A stretch of 64,000 nt of DNA, from NCBI GenBank assembly GCA_951406725.2, contig OX597825.1, positions 18,600,001 through 18,664,000 of the forward strand. The letters are read 5' to 3'. Made by a program: the position numbers and the translations under genes. The notes below the pieces were generated by a model, which did not search any database, was not told the DNA's origin, and was given only the letters and a program-made list of their open reading frames with translations. This DNA is from Octopus vulgaris. Lineage: Eukaryota. Below, in pieces: positions 1 to 11,680 of the stretch (positions are counted from its first letter, which is position 1; each line of letters starts with the position of its first letter).

Positions 1-170
1 TAACCGCTCATCACTTGACGACCGGCGCTAGTTTGATTACCTCTTCATTATTTAGCGATTTAGCAACACACGCCAATACCATGTTCTTTTGGTGGCTCAA
101 TCTCTTCGACATAAGCAATTCAAAGTGACCCAGCGTAGCTGCATTTCAGTAACTGAAACATGTAAAAGAC
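1..170 (+). mobile_element. Degenerate 3' half of SINE family A
   Basis: Ends in ACTGAAACATGTAAAAGA and follows the motif order of the 3' half of the full copy at 15740-16149; heavily diverged. Confidence 0.5.
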
Positions 171-504
171 AGAATATAAAATTGAAAACCAAATTTTGGT
201 GGTAAATATATATTTATTATTCATATCCTGTTAATATTATCACAATTATGTGCATCAATTATTATTAGTACCGTATTTAAAGTTATATCTTGCATCTTGT
301 TTATTTCCATTTCAAGACATTTCTACTTTGATAATGTTTCCATATGCCCCAGGTAGTATATTTCTTTTATTGAAATATTATCATATCAAGATACATAAGA
401 AAGCGTATAGCTTTTTTGTTCTTTTCTGATACCTTTTAAATACTTTTTTACACCTATCTCTCTTGTCATTTTAATGTCTTCATGTCATTGTTTCACCTTT
501 AATT

Positions 505-505
505 C

Positions 506-548
<43 letters not shown>

Positions 549-579
549 CCATCATCACCATTATCACCATTATCACCAT

Positions 580-613
<34 letters not shown>

Positions 614-631
614 GTCATCACCACCACCATC

Positions 632-665
<34 letters not shown>

Positions 666-832
666 TTATCATCAGCAGCAGCAGCGGCAACATCGTGATC
701 ATCATCATTATCATCATCATCGTGATCAACATCATCCTCATCATCTTCATCATCGACATCATCACCGACATCATCATCATCATCAGCAGCAGCAGCAGCA
801 TCGAGATCATCATCGTTAACATCATCGTTAAC

Positions 833-883
<51 letters not shown>

Positions 884-1130
884 GACATCATCATCATCAT
901 CATCATCTTTTTCGTCATCATCTTCATCATGGTCGTCACCTTCATTGTCGCAGCTGTGGCCGTCGTCGTCGCCATAGACTTCACTGTCTTGATTAACATT
1001 ACCATCGTCATCATCGTTGTCTTCGTATCGTTGCTGTTGTCGTCATCGTCGTCATCATCAACCTCCTCATCATCATCATTGTCATTTTCGTTGCCTTCGT
1101 CATCAACATCGCTTTCCTCATCCTCCTCAT
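505..1130. repeat. (CAT)n imperfect trinucleotide microsatellite
   Basis: Direct reading; explains the poly-M/I/H/S ORFs. Confidence 0.95.
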
Positions 1131-2243
1131 AATCACTATTATTTTCATTGTTATCAACGTTGGAGGCGAGGTATTGTTGATGTTGTTGTCGTTGTTCTTC
1201 ATATTGTTATTTTCTTACCCGACTTAAACTTCATTAAGCTTCATTAAGTCATCACATGTTTTATAAACTGATTCCTAAAACTATTTTAGTCGAGTTTGCC
1301 GTAAAGGACACGTGAAGCAAGAAACTAAAATAAAATATGTCATACCTCATATATATATACATACATAAATCAAAATTAACAACAGCATTTATTTGTGATG
1401 AAGATGCGGAATGAATTTCATAAACGCTTTAGTAGTAACTTGTCAAAACTTGTTCCTTTCCTGGTAGGAGAACATTTTTAATTACATTTTTCACGAGGAG
1501 ATTATTACTAATAATAGTCATGCAGTTATTACGCCCATATATGCAGTATCTCCCCTAAGTAATACTAACAATAACAACTATCGCATATCCAGAGGAAATT
1601 CACAGAGCGACAGAACACCAGACATAACTAATCATGATTTCAGAAATTTTTTTATTGAGAATTTTCCGATATCGCCAAAAGAGAACGACAAAAATAATTA
1701 TATAAAAACAACAATTACTAGAACGGGAGCAAAATGGTTTTGTCCTTAAGCCTGTATTAAAACGATGTCCTTAAGCCTGTATCGAAACGCTGGTTAGTAC
1801 TGAAAGAAAAATAATAAAAAAAACAGATATTTCCAACAACGATCATAAAAGGATCCTGAGTTACGTTGTATCATCACGTAGGCGACGTGAGTGTTAGACA
1901 AGCAGTAGCACTGAACATATGAAGATCTCTTCTACTAACTTCAGAAATCACTACATACACAGCAGTAACAACAATGAGGTCAAAAGCAGCAATTCCAGAA
2001 ACTACAATACCAATAGCAGCCACGGACTCAAAATTAGTGGTAACTACATGAGTTACAGTGACAGCAGCGGTGGATATCATAACAGACACAGCAACGCAAG
2101 AGGTCCAACGAGGAAACGTGCAAGAAAAGCGCCCTTACTAACAACAATGCTAATGGGTAAAAGACCCCCATTTAGTCATTAATGGCCGTGAGATTGCTTC
2201 TGTAATGTTAACTTCCGGGGTAGAAGTCAAGGCAAGGTCTTGT

Positions 2244-2484
2244 AGAAGACCAGTATTCACCCCTGCATACCAGTCTCCCCTCTCCATGTCACCGATATTA
2301 TCCAAATGAAAGGCAAAGGTTGAGACAGTTTAGCACGACTAGCGTTGCAAATCGTCCCTACAGCTGAGTGAACTGGAGCAGTGTGAATTAAAGTGACTTC
2401 CTCAAGAACACAACACACATCCCGGTCCGAGAATCGAACTCACGCCCTCATGATTGTAGGCCCGATGCTCTAATCTCTGAGACA
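2244..2484 (-). mobile_element. SINE family C, diverged copy
   Basis: Colinear with 61325-61570 (CAGCTGAGTGAACTGGAGCA...CTCAAGAACACAACAC...CCCGGTCCG). Confidence 0.8.
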
Positions 2485-3146
2485 TTACAACAACAATAGT
2501 AATGGCAATAAGACGTAGACTGGATCCTAGAGAAGTCAGATCCATTTCCAACACTACGAACAAGAGTAGCTTCTCTGTAATTAGGAGCCCACCAACTCAT
2601 AACGACATACAATCCCACAATCACATATGCGTTGTGTCGAATACTTGCGAACGTTGAGACTTAGTCATACGACGAATGCAAGACAAGATTGTAGCATATG
2701 ACCTGAGAGAACTGCAGGGAAAAACAAACAGAAAAAAGCAAAGCAGCGATCACCAAGTTGAAAGCTGAACATTTTTGTTAGCGAAATACAGAAAAAAACG
2801 TTGTCTCCAGTCGCACAAAATCTAATAATCACCCCACCAGCACCACTCCTATAACAAAGACAGCCAAAAGGACAAAAGAATCAACAGTATAAGTGATAAT
2901 TCTGGAACATCCGCAAACACAAAAGGAAATTCGAAAACAATAGCAAATGCAGAAACAACAATACCAAAATCAAATGCAAAAACGCAAAAACTTATGAGAT
3001 TTACTGTAGTTCGAAAGAGCAAGAGTTTGATAAAAGAGGTAGTAAATTGCAAAAACATTTTCACCAAAGACGCCATTAACATAAACTGGAAAAAACGCTG
3101 GAAACTAAGTAACCTTCCGACAGAGGAACATAAGTGAATGCATTGA

Positions 3147-3264
<118 letters not shown>

Positions 3265-3438
3265 ACGCGTATGTTTTAGATTATTTATGTATATATACCA
3301 AAATAAATAGACGTAAGCAAAGCATATAGTCGAGTCTATCTATTCATTCAGAATACACATACTTTTTCCATCGTATGTGGCGGGGTAATATTTTTGTATC
3401 TATGTATGTATATAATATATACAATAAGTATGTATAAT

Positions 3439-3649
3439 CTTTTACTCTTTTACTTGTATCAGTCATTTGAATTCGGCCATGCTGGAGTATCGCCTTTAGT
3501 CGAGCGAATAGACCTCAGGACTTATTCTTTGTAAGCCTAGTACTTATTCTATCGGTCTCTTTTTGCCGAACCGCTAAGTTACAGGAACGTAAACACACCG
3601 GCGTCGCTTCTCAAGCGATGTTGCGGGGACAAACACAGACACAGACACA

Positions 3650-3690
<41 letters not shown>

Positions 3691-3698
3691 ACACACAT

Positions 3699-3753
<55 letters not shown>

Positions 3754-3803
3754 CTGCGGGCTTCTTTCAGTTTCCGTCTACCAAATCCACTCAGAAGGCT
3801 TTG
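3439..3803 (-). mobile_element. SINE family A with internal microsatellite, head missing
   Basis: Reverse complement of the body and tail of 15740-16149; internal (CA)n(TA)n; abuts the LINE fragment at 3804. Confidence 0.9.
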
Positions 3804-4575
3804 TTCCTGAGTTGCACATATGAGTGATTCTGTCTCTATCTTCAGGTCACTCCTCTTCATCCATAGCCACCGTTCCTCTGTATTTGTTTTGGCGTTCATA
3901 TTCCTCGCAAACTAACCCTACATTTTCTTTCCTTCCATGAGTTTTCTTTTTTCTTATCATTGCTTCTTTAAATTTTTCTTTAGTTAAACAATTTTCAGCG
4001 TTGGTGACGCCGCCCTTCTTCGTTGTTTCAACATTGGCTCCACCGCATTTTTTATCTACCAGCCTAGGCTGTTTTTTACCGCTTCGATACTATCCTCGCA
4101 ACTGATTATACATCACCCACCATTTCTTATGCACAAGTACAGCCTATCGGTGTCTTTCTAGAGTGGAAGATACCGTTTACTGTCAACATTTTTCTGGTCT
4201 TAGAATCCATTTTCTTCACTTCGCTCTTTTGCCACTTTATAATTCCCGTTCCAACCCGAAGTGATGTTATCGCCCACGTATTAACTGCTTGGATTTTATC
4301 CCATGTAGTCAATTTTGAGCGCACACCAACCTCAGTCTTCGGAAACACTCCATCCTCAGCTGCTCTTTCCTTTCCTTTTCCCTTAACTCGTTCAACTTTA
4401 GTACACCAAGGTATCTATATTCTTCGGTTTCAATTTGTTTAATCAGGTCCCTGTTCCGTAATTCTAACCTTGCTAGGGACAGTGCCTTGCTTCTTTTTAG
4501 GCAGATTATTCCGCACTTATTGAGCCCAAATTCCATTCTAATATCAGTAATAAAAGAAGTGGACCTTATTCACCA
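3804..4575 (-). mobile_element. R4/Dong-like non-LTR retrotransposon fragment (RT C-terminal region, frameshifted)
   Basis: Peptides MEFGLNKC, YRYLGVL, KIQAVNTWA, KTRKMLT, DLKIETESLICATQEQ parallel those of the 21804-23463 element (YKYLGI, RIEAINALA, KIRKLLT, GLKSETEGFIIAAQDQ). Confidence 0.85.
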
Positions 4576-4862
4576 AGGAACTCCATGTGTCCAGAGGTGA
4601 ATTATTAAAACCCCAAAGAATCCCTCTCAACACGTAGTTATGATGATCCCCCACTACTTCTGTTCGTGATCAGAGATGCACATATCGTTAGCCACCAATG
4701 GACATGCTCAATTGGTTAAGGTCAAACAAATGACAAGCAAATCTGTGGTATTGAGCAGAATATTCACAGTAGCATATCTTTTACACCAAGACAAAGCAAT
4801 ATACATCCAATTAGTTAAGATCAGAATTCATAAAAGCCACTGCTAGCTATTGCGTCAAAGCA

Positions 4863-4869
4863 ATTATTA

Positions 4870-4924
<55 letters not shown>

Positions 4925-4957
4925 CATCATTATTATTATTATTAATTTATTATTATT
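4863..4957. repeat. (ATT)n microsatellite
   Basis: Direct reading. Confidence 0.95.
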
Positions 4958-5069
4958 CCTTTTGTTCATCATGTAGAGGCACGTGTGTATTTATCATTAT
5001 TCCAGTTTTTATTCAATTGTTGCATGTCTTTGACAAGTCCTAAGTGGAAGCGCCCTGAACTTTATTGTC

Positions 5070-5083
5070 CACCTTCTATGTTT

Positions 5084-5125
<42 letters not shown>

Positions 5126-5141
5126 CCAAACATAGAAGGTG
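5070..5141. repeat. Palindrome: 19-bp unique inverted arms around a (TA)n centre
   Basis: CACCTTCTATGTTTGGATA (5070-5088) and TATCCAAACATAGAAGGTG (5123-5141) are exact reverse complements. Confidence 0.95.
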
Positions 5142-5235
5142 TATATATATATATATATATATATGTGACCACGTGTGTACCGTTGGCGATTTCTTTCCCT
5201 CTGTCTTCCCTTCTCTGGATCTTTCCTAATCCTAT

Positions 5236-5271
5236 GTTTCCGACGAAGAACTCCACTCGAAACGTTAAAAC
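5236..5271 (+). ncRNA. Degenerate minimal type I hammerhead-like motif in a ~205-bp (TA)n-flanked element (5166-5370)
   Basis: GTTT-CCGACGA-AGAACTCCACTC-GAAACGTTA-AAAC: stem I GTTT/AAAC, core with U4C, palindrome AACGTT; stem II imperfect. Confidence 0.5.
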
Positions 5272-6124
5272 CTCCATCTTTCATTCTTTCCTGAGCGTCC
5301 AATAATACTATATTTGTTCCACGTCTTCGCGTTGTTGTGTTTTGTGTTGTGCTTTCTTGTTTGGATTAACTATATATATATACGTACACACATTCATACA
5401 TACATACACATTTGTGCGTGTGTGTGTGTGTGTGTGTGTGCTTGTCTGCTCGTGCACGTTTGTAAGGTTGTCAGGGTATGTATTTATGATTTATACCTTT
5501 ATAAATATCGCTTGGTTTCTTTCCACGTGGTATTTGCTATTTTGTTGTTAAACAAGATCTAAATACCTAAAACTAATGACGTTGCAAGCGACACTCGTTG
5601 CGCAGCTAACTTTGAGCGTGAACCTACTTCGGGTTGCAGTATACAACGACGAGAACACGAAGACCTGAATCAAAGGTAAAATCAGCACAACAGCAACAAC
5701 AACGTTATTACTTCTCTATAAAAATACCAACGTGATCGTGCTTTGAGTGAAAAGGCTTCACGTATTTTTATTTCAAATAATTTTTCACCATCGATAATCT
5801 AATAAAACATAATTTCAACAAAAAAAAATTATTTATTAAATTATTTCTAATATCGTGATGTCAGTTCCTCTTTGATTAAATTAGAATGAAATTTGTTCCT
5901 CAGAAAAAGCAATCACTTTAGCTTTTTCTAAGGTTATAGAAACATCTTCGCTAAGCAAAAATGACGTGGCTACCAATAACACGAAATATGGAAACGCCTT
6001 GCTTTAACATTTCGTTAGTGCAGTGAAAGCAAATGGATAATGAAATCGCTTAAATATATTTTCCACCACAATGTATTCATTTGAATATATCTGGAATCAT
6101 TTCAATAATTTTTTTTTTTTATGT

Positions 6125-6480
6125 TTTAGTTTGTTTCAATCGTCATTCAAATGCGGCTCTGCGAAGACAACACTGTGAAAGATTTAGTCGAATAAATTAA
6201 CGGTAAAACTTATTTTTAATATTTGCTACTTGTTCTGACGATCTCTTTTGCCGAATCGCTATTTTACGGAGACAGAAACAAACTAGCAGATGTTCTCAAG
6301 CCCTGCTAATGGACAAAGACAAACACACGCCCACACACATACACACACATACACACACATACACACACACACAAACATACGCTGGCATATACATAAAAAA
6401 CGGGATTCCATGACTTTTCTGCCTACCAAATTCATTCATAAAACACTGGTCTGACCGGTACTATTGTACAAGACATTTGC
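6125..6480 (-). mobile_element. SINE family A, old diverged copy
   Basis: TCTCTTTTGCCGAATCGCT, (CA)n centre and CTACCAAATTCATTCATA match family A order. Confidence 0.7.
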
Positions 6481-6487
6481 GCAATAT

Positions 6488-6699
6488 GCGAGCTGGCAGA
6501 ATCGTTAGCACGCCGGGCGAAATGCTTTTCGGTCTTTCGTCCGCGGTTACGTTGTGAGTTCAAATTCCACTGAGGTCGACCTTGCCTTTCATCCTTTCGG
6601 GGTGGCTCAAATAAGTACCAGTTGCGCACTGGGGTTGATGTAATCGACTTAATCCCTTTCTCTGTCCTCTATGTTAAGCCCCTTGTGGGCAATAAAGAA
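6488..6699 (+). mobile_element. SINE family B monomer (AATAAAGAA-type tail)
   Basis: Head GCGAGCTGGCAGAATCGTTAGCACG, B-box-like GAGTTCAAAT, central GGTCGACCTTGCCTTTCATCCTTTCGGGG, tail GCCCCTTGTGGGCAATAAAGAA. Confidence 0.9.
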
Positions 6700-6884
6700 T
6701 TGAATATGCCCTGGGGTTACAATAAACCTGAAATCACATAGTTGCAAAGTAAGCTTTCCATAGCAACGCCTGCCATAGTGTGAGCACATAATTGCCAGTG
6801 TATGCGAGATAGAATAAAGAAACTTGAAGATAATTATTATAGTCTTTCTGATGTATGTATTCATATGAATATGAAGAAGTAGAA

Positions 6885-7040
6885 ATAATCCTTTCTGATA
6901 AAGGCACAAGGCTTGAAATTTGGTGGGAGGGGACAAGTAGATTACATCGGCTCCAGCGTTTCACTGGTGCTTAATTTTTCGACCCCGAAAAGATGAAAGG
7001 CAAAGTCAACCTCAGCGGGATTTGAAGTCAGAACGTAATG
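6885..7040 (-). mobile_element. SINE family B fragment (CCTTGTGCC-type tail)
   Basis: Reverse complement of the central domain and tail of 21561-21776. Confidence 0.8.
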
Positions 7041-7271
7041 AAAAACGAAGAATTGCAAATAATGTATATGTTAGCCTAACAACGGAAGTGAGTATCTAGA
7101 CGTTGAATGTCACTTACAGAGTCAATAAGGTATCATCTATAGTTGATTGATAAAGATGATGGCCGTAGACTCTTGTAAATACCGAGGGATGAGTAAGTAG
7201 TCTCGCGCAATACGTGAGTGGTGTTCTGCAGTTTCTCGCTGAACAACATGCACAAATATTTTCTTTCTTTT

Positions 7272-7682
7272 TTCTTTATTGCCCACAAGAGGCAAACATA
7301 GAGGAGACAAACAAGGACAAACAAAGGGATTAAGTCGATTACATCGACCCCAGTGCGTAACTGGTATTTAATCCATCGACCCCCAAAGGATGAAAGGCAA
7401 AGTCGAACTCGGCGGAATTTGAACTCAGAACGTAACGGCAGACGAGATACCTATTTCTTTACTATCCACAAGGGGCTAAAAACAGAGAGGACAAACAAGG
7501 ACATACATAGGCATTAAGTCGATTACATCGACCCCAGTGCGTAACTGGTTCTTATTAAATCGACCCCGAAAGGATAAAAGGCAAAGTCGACCTCGGTGGA
7601 ATTTGAACTCAGAACGTAGCGGCAGACGAAATACCGCTAAGCATTTCGCCCGCTCACCGCCTTTCTGCCAGCTCACCGCCTT
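7272..7682 (-). mobile_element. SINE family B dimer (one head plus two tandem body units)
   Basis: Two consecutive body copies joined at GACGAGATAC/CTATTTCTTT (~7450); head at 7630-7682. Confidence 0.9.
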
Positions 7683-7958
7683 TTGTTTCACTAGAAAGAA
7701 AACAAATGTTTTATTTCTAGTGATGAAATGTATATGGTGTATATTAGGTCACTCACTCCACCAAAACAACATTGCCTGAAGAGGTATATGGTGAGATGCA
7801 TGTCTGTTGTTGCAGTGACTGCAGAGCACTGTGAGGTGAAGAGTTTTGCTCAAGGACATAATGCTTCACACTGTGCCGGATTTGAAACGATGATCTTGCG
7901 ATTGTAACAACTTCAGCACCAAGGCATGCATTCTCACATAGTTGACTAATGGGTACTA

Positions 7959-8119
7959 CGGGCTTCTTTCAGTTTCCATCTACCAAATCCACACACAAGG
8001 CTTTGCTCGGCCCGAGGCTATAGTAGAAGACACTTGCCCAAGGTGCCAGGCAGTGGGACTGAACCCGGAACCATGTGATTCGTAAGCAAGCTACTTACCA
8101 CACAGCCACTCCTACGTCT
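7959..8119 (-). mobile_element. SINE family A 5' half
   Basis: Reverse complement of 15740-15902. Confidence 0.9.
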
Positions 8120-8166
8120 ATACAGTTGTATATTGTTCCTCTCTCATCCAACTTCAAGAAGTCCTA

Positions 8167-8515
8167 GATAATGGTGTATACCCGTTGACACTAATTTTTA
8201 GATATAAAGATACGTTTGAATTGTGACTCAAATAGCAGAAATGTGCTGAAACATATTTTTTTGCTCTTAGGAGTGGAAATATTGGAACTTATTTACTGTC
8301 ATTAATTGCAGTTAATTTAGGGTAAAGTATCATAGAAGTCTGAGAGGAAGATGCATTGGCTATCTCAAATACTTCATGTAAAAACATCGAACTATTAAAA
8401 AAACAAAATTTTTATGGAACCTTTGTCTTTTTGCTCAAAAGAAGACAACGCTTGATTACGACAGGCTTTAAGGACCCTGTATTCTATATATATATATAGA
8501 TAGATATATATGTAT

Positions 8516-8563
<48 letters not shown>

Positions 8564-8724
8564 CTTTACCCTAAATTAACTGCAATTAATGACAGTAAAT
8601 AAGTTCCAATATTTCCACTCCTAAGAGCAAAAAAATATGTTTGAGCACATTTCTGCTATTTGAGTCACAATTCAAACGTATCTTTATATCTAAAAATTAG
8701 TGTCAACGGGTATACACCATTATC
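8167..8724. repeat. 164-bp near-perfect inverted repeat with 230-bp spacer
   Basis: 8167-8330 is the reverse complement of 8561-8724 with one mismatch seen by eye; the spacer ends in (TC)n(TA)n. Confidence 0.95.
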
Positions 8725-9319
8725 CGGTGGTCACCATTCTCTGTATGTATCAGTGGACGTTGTGTATCGCAAACAACTAAACATTTTCAGTATAGATTAA
8801 GGCATAATCTTGACAGCAATGATTAAACGTAACCTTTTCGTATGTACCAGGTTGATCTCCTGTAGCAATTGTTGGTCAATATATTCATGAACATTTAGGT
8901 TTTCGGAAAATATTAAAAAAGGCTGATGCGTTTGGTTGATTAGATATTTGAATATAATAATACACTGCAATGATTTAATCTTTTATTACTAGAGACTAAC
9001 TTCTCTAACCTTGCTCTATCTCTTGCCAGGATACTAAATGTGACTTTTACCCATCAATAAATTATATTATGCAAATGGAATACTTATTTTTTCCGAATGT
9101 ATGTAAGATATGCTATGTAGATTACGAAATGCACTTATCATAACGAATGGGGAATAGAATTTATATAATGAACATTGACGTATTTCAAATGAGGGATGAA
9201 GCAATACTTTAGTGTTTCATGGGAAAACGACAATTCGGTAATCGAAGTTGATTTAAATGGACCCAAATAATGTTTGACGCATATGTAACAAATACACTAA
9301 AAACATATATCATTCTATT

Positions 9320-9724
9320 GTTGTATTTTGGAATGGTCATTTTGCCAGTTTAGCCAATAAAAACACACGCACTATATATTTGGTGTTATTTTGCTTCAGC
9401 GTTTTTTTATTTTTTTTACATTAATCTTAATCTTATTTCGGCCAGAGTTCTTTCGTCACATTCCTGTGACCTCATCAGTGGTCCTTTGCTTTTTTCTTTC
9501 GTATTTGTGTGTCTCTCCTTACTAACGGTCAGCCATTTTGTATTTTGTATTCCTATTGTATGTGTATTCATTTGCGCATGCGTATACCTCTATGTGTGTA
9601 TCTATGTTTAGTTAGTGTGTGTGTGGGGGGGGGGAAGTGCCTGTAATATTTGTATCTCCTGTTTATATACGTTCGTATAATTTGTTTTTGTTTTTGTTTA
9701 TTTTTAAACAAATATATAAACGTA
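9320..9724 (-). mobile_element. ~405-bp ORF-less insertion carrying a hammerhead motif, flanked by a 15-bp direct repeat
   Basis: ATATATCATTCTATT at 9305-9319 and 9725-9739 (putative target-site duplication). Confidence 0.75.
9440..9484 (-). ncRNA. Minimal type I hammerhead ribozyme motif, intact catalytic core
   Basis: Minus strand GGACCA-CTGATGA-G-GTCAC-AGGAAT-GTGAC-GAAA-GAAC-TC-TGGCC: stem I CCA/TGG (+GG/CC), perfect 5-bp stem II, 2-bp stem III, CUC site. Confidence 0.8.
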
Positions 9725-11522
9725 ATATATCATTCTATTATACCGGATAACAGTGGTAACGTGAGTAAATGCAGATTTGAATAAATACAAACTTGCTTCC
9801 AACTTTTTTTCTACGTTGAGTAACCGATTAGCGCTACCAGCCATCGTGTCATAATGGGAACATCGTAAGAGAGACAGTCTCTCGCGTCAGCTCACAGCGC
9901 AATCTTGGATGGTTTCTATGGCTGAAGAGATGATAACTTCTCCGAAATACACGCACTTTAAAGCCTAGTCAGATCGTACTGCGCGTTGATGGGGTATACT
10001 TACATCCATTTGTCAACAGCATGCAATCTTCTCCATGTCAAATCACAGTGAAACGCTTTCTAACGGTTCGGATATGTGTCAAACACATCTGAACAGGTAT
10101 CAAATTAAATTATCATTCTATTAATACTAAATGGCACAACATCAGAAGGTAGTAAACAGTTCCGTCAGGTTACACTGCTTAAACTTAGTTGTTACAAATA
10201 CAAATCGAGTATTATTATTATCATTACAAATCTACTCGGTTTAAATTGTTTGTAATATAAGCTGCCTTGTAATATATGATCGAAAAATAGTATTTGGCAT
10301 TTAAAGTCACGATCTGTTGACTTTTCGCTTACAAAGGAAGTGACGTCATATAGCTGTAGAGTTCAGCACTAAATGATAGAACTTCCAGGGAATAGAAATA
10401 ATTCGAACGTAGGTTGATCGTGTGTCTCCTGGAAAAAGAAAACTGAATGATCTTGATAGTTTAGTCATGTAGAAATAAGTTTTATTTTAAAATTTGTGTT
10501 TCTACGTTTCAATCTTAGACGTACTGTCATTTTAGAAATCTTTTCAAAAAATTTTAGGAATGTGATTTTTTGTTATTTGTTTGTTATAAATCCTGACTTT
10601 ATTTTCCTCTTCCATTTGGTTCGTAGGGTTCCAGGCCCGGAAACAACTTTCTTACGCTATCATCTAAATCATTAGTTGCGAGAATGATGATAAGTTTAAT
10701 ACGAAATCGATTCCCCTTTTTTTTATGCGTATCTTAATGCATTGTATATACTTGATGTATACTTGATGCATTTTCTCATAAAAGAACCGGGATATTCAAG
10801 GATTCTTTACGTTGATAAATTAAGGAGATGAGATATTGAATATGTAGGAACGCAATGTTTTTATTTTCTTTAATGAAGGAAATTCACGATGAAAAAAAGC
10901 TCTTATCTCGTTTTAAGAGATCATTAAGTATTTGAAGCAAGTAAACTAGAAAGAAGTGAAATAAATGAATGGAAACCTAATGTATGAAAACAAGACAGTT
11001 TTCAATATGAACCCCTCAGGTATCGGAGGGAAAGGAAATATTGACGATAATTTTTCTATGAAACTCATACGATATTTCTTCATATTTGAAATGTAAAAAA
11101 ATCGCTTGAGTTGTTTTTTTTTTATGAGTCACTTTAGGCCGTCTTTATTTGATTAATGGTATTTAATGAAATATTTGGCGTTGAGCTGAGAAAGTGCTCT
11201 TGGCGACCATTTACAATTTTTTAGTCCTTTGCATATTGTATCTTAGACATTTCTTTTATAAACATTAAAATAGAATGATTATAAACTTCATTTCCTTAAA
11301 GGGAATTGTAGTTCGTATGTATAGGTCACAGCAAGAAAACATAGTTAATATTCTATATGTGTCAACTGAAACTGAACGTAATAATACATGCAAGAAATAA
11401 GTGCACGATTTTCAATTGCTGGTCTGTAACGCCAAAATATTCGACCACAGAGCAATTATAGAAGTTCTGATTTCAGTCAACATCATATCAATATACTGGC
11501 ATTTTACTACGTTAAGTCTATT

Positions 11523-11680
11523 GGGAGAGTCATTTTCTTTTTGTGCCTTATAAAATAACACTCACCGGTAAAATTTCCACGAAGCAACGAAACTTTTAGG
11601 AAAATAAAAATAAGAAACAAGTGGAAATTTTACTGGTGAGTGTGTTGCATTATAAGGCGCAAAAAGAAGATGACTCTCCC
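11523..11680. repeat. ~58-bp imperfect inverted repeat (MITE-like hairpin)
   Basis: GGGAGAGTCATTTTCTTTTTGTGCCTTATAA...CACTCACCGGTAAAATTTCCAC versus GTGGAAATTTTACTGGTGAGTG...TTATAAGGCGCAAAAAGAAGATGACTCTCCC. Confidence 0.85.

Noticed and set aside
499-1247. Long poly-Met/Ile/His/Ser ORFs (also 20.8-21.5, 35.8-36.9, 44.3-45.0 and 46.3-47.1 kb)
   Set aside because: Stop-free frames of trinucleotide microsatellites; no splice or domain evidence.
1741-1790. 25-bp tandem duplication TGTCCTTAAGCCTGTAT
   Set aside because: Two copies only; ordinary local duplication.
1560-3130. A-rich, coding-like plus-strand stretch, possibly a decayed LINE ORF1 (similar impression at 18400-19350 and 29100-29640)
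   Set aside because: No recognisable motif and many stops; needs a translated search.
9918-9955. CTGAAGA...GAAA spacing like a hammerhead
   Set aside because: No convincing stem I, stem III or cleavage triplet.
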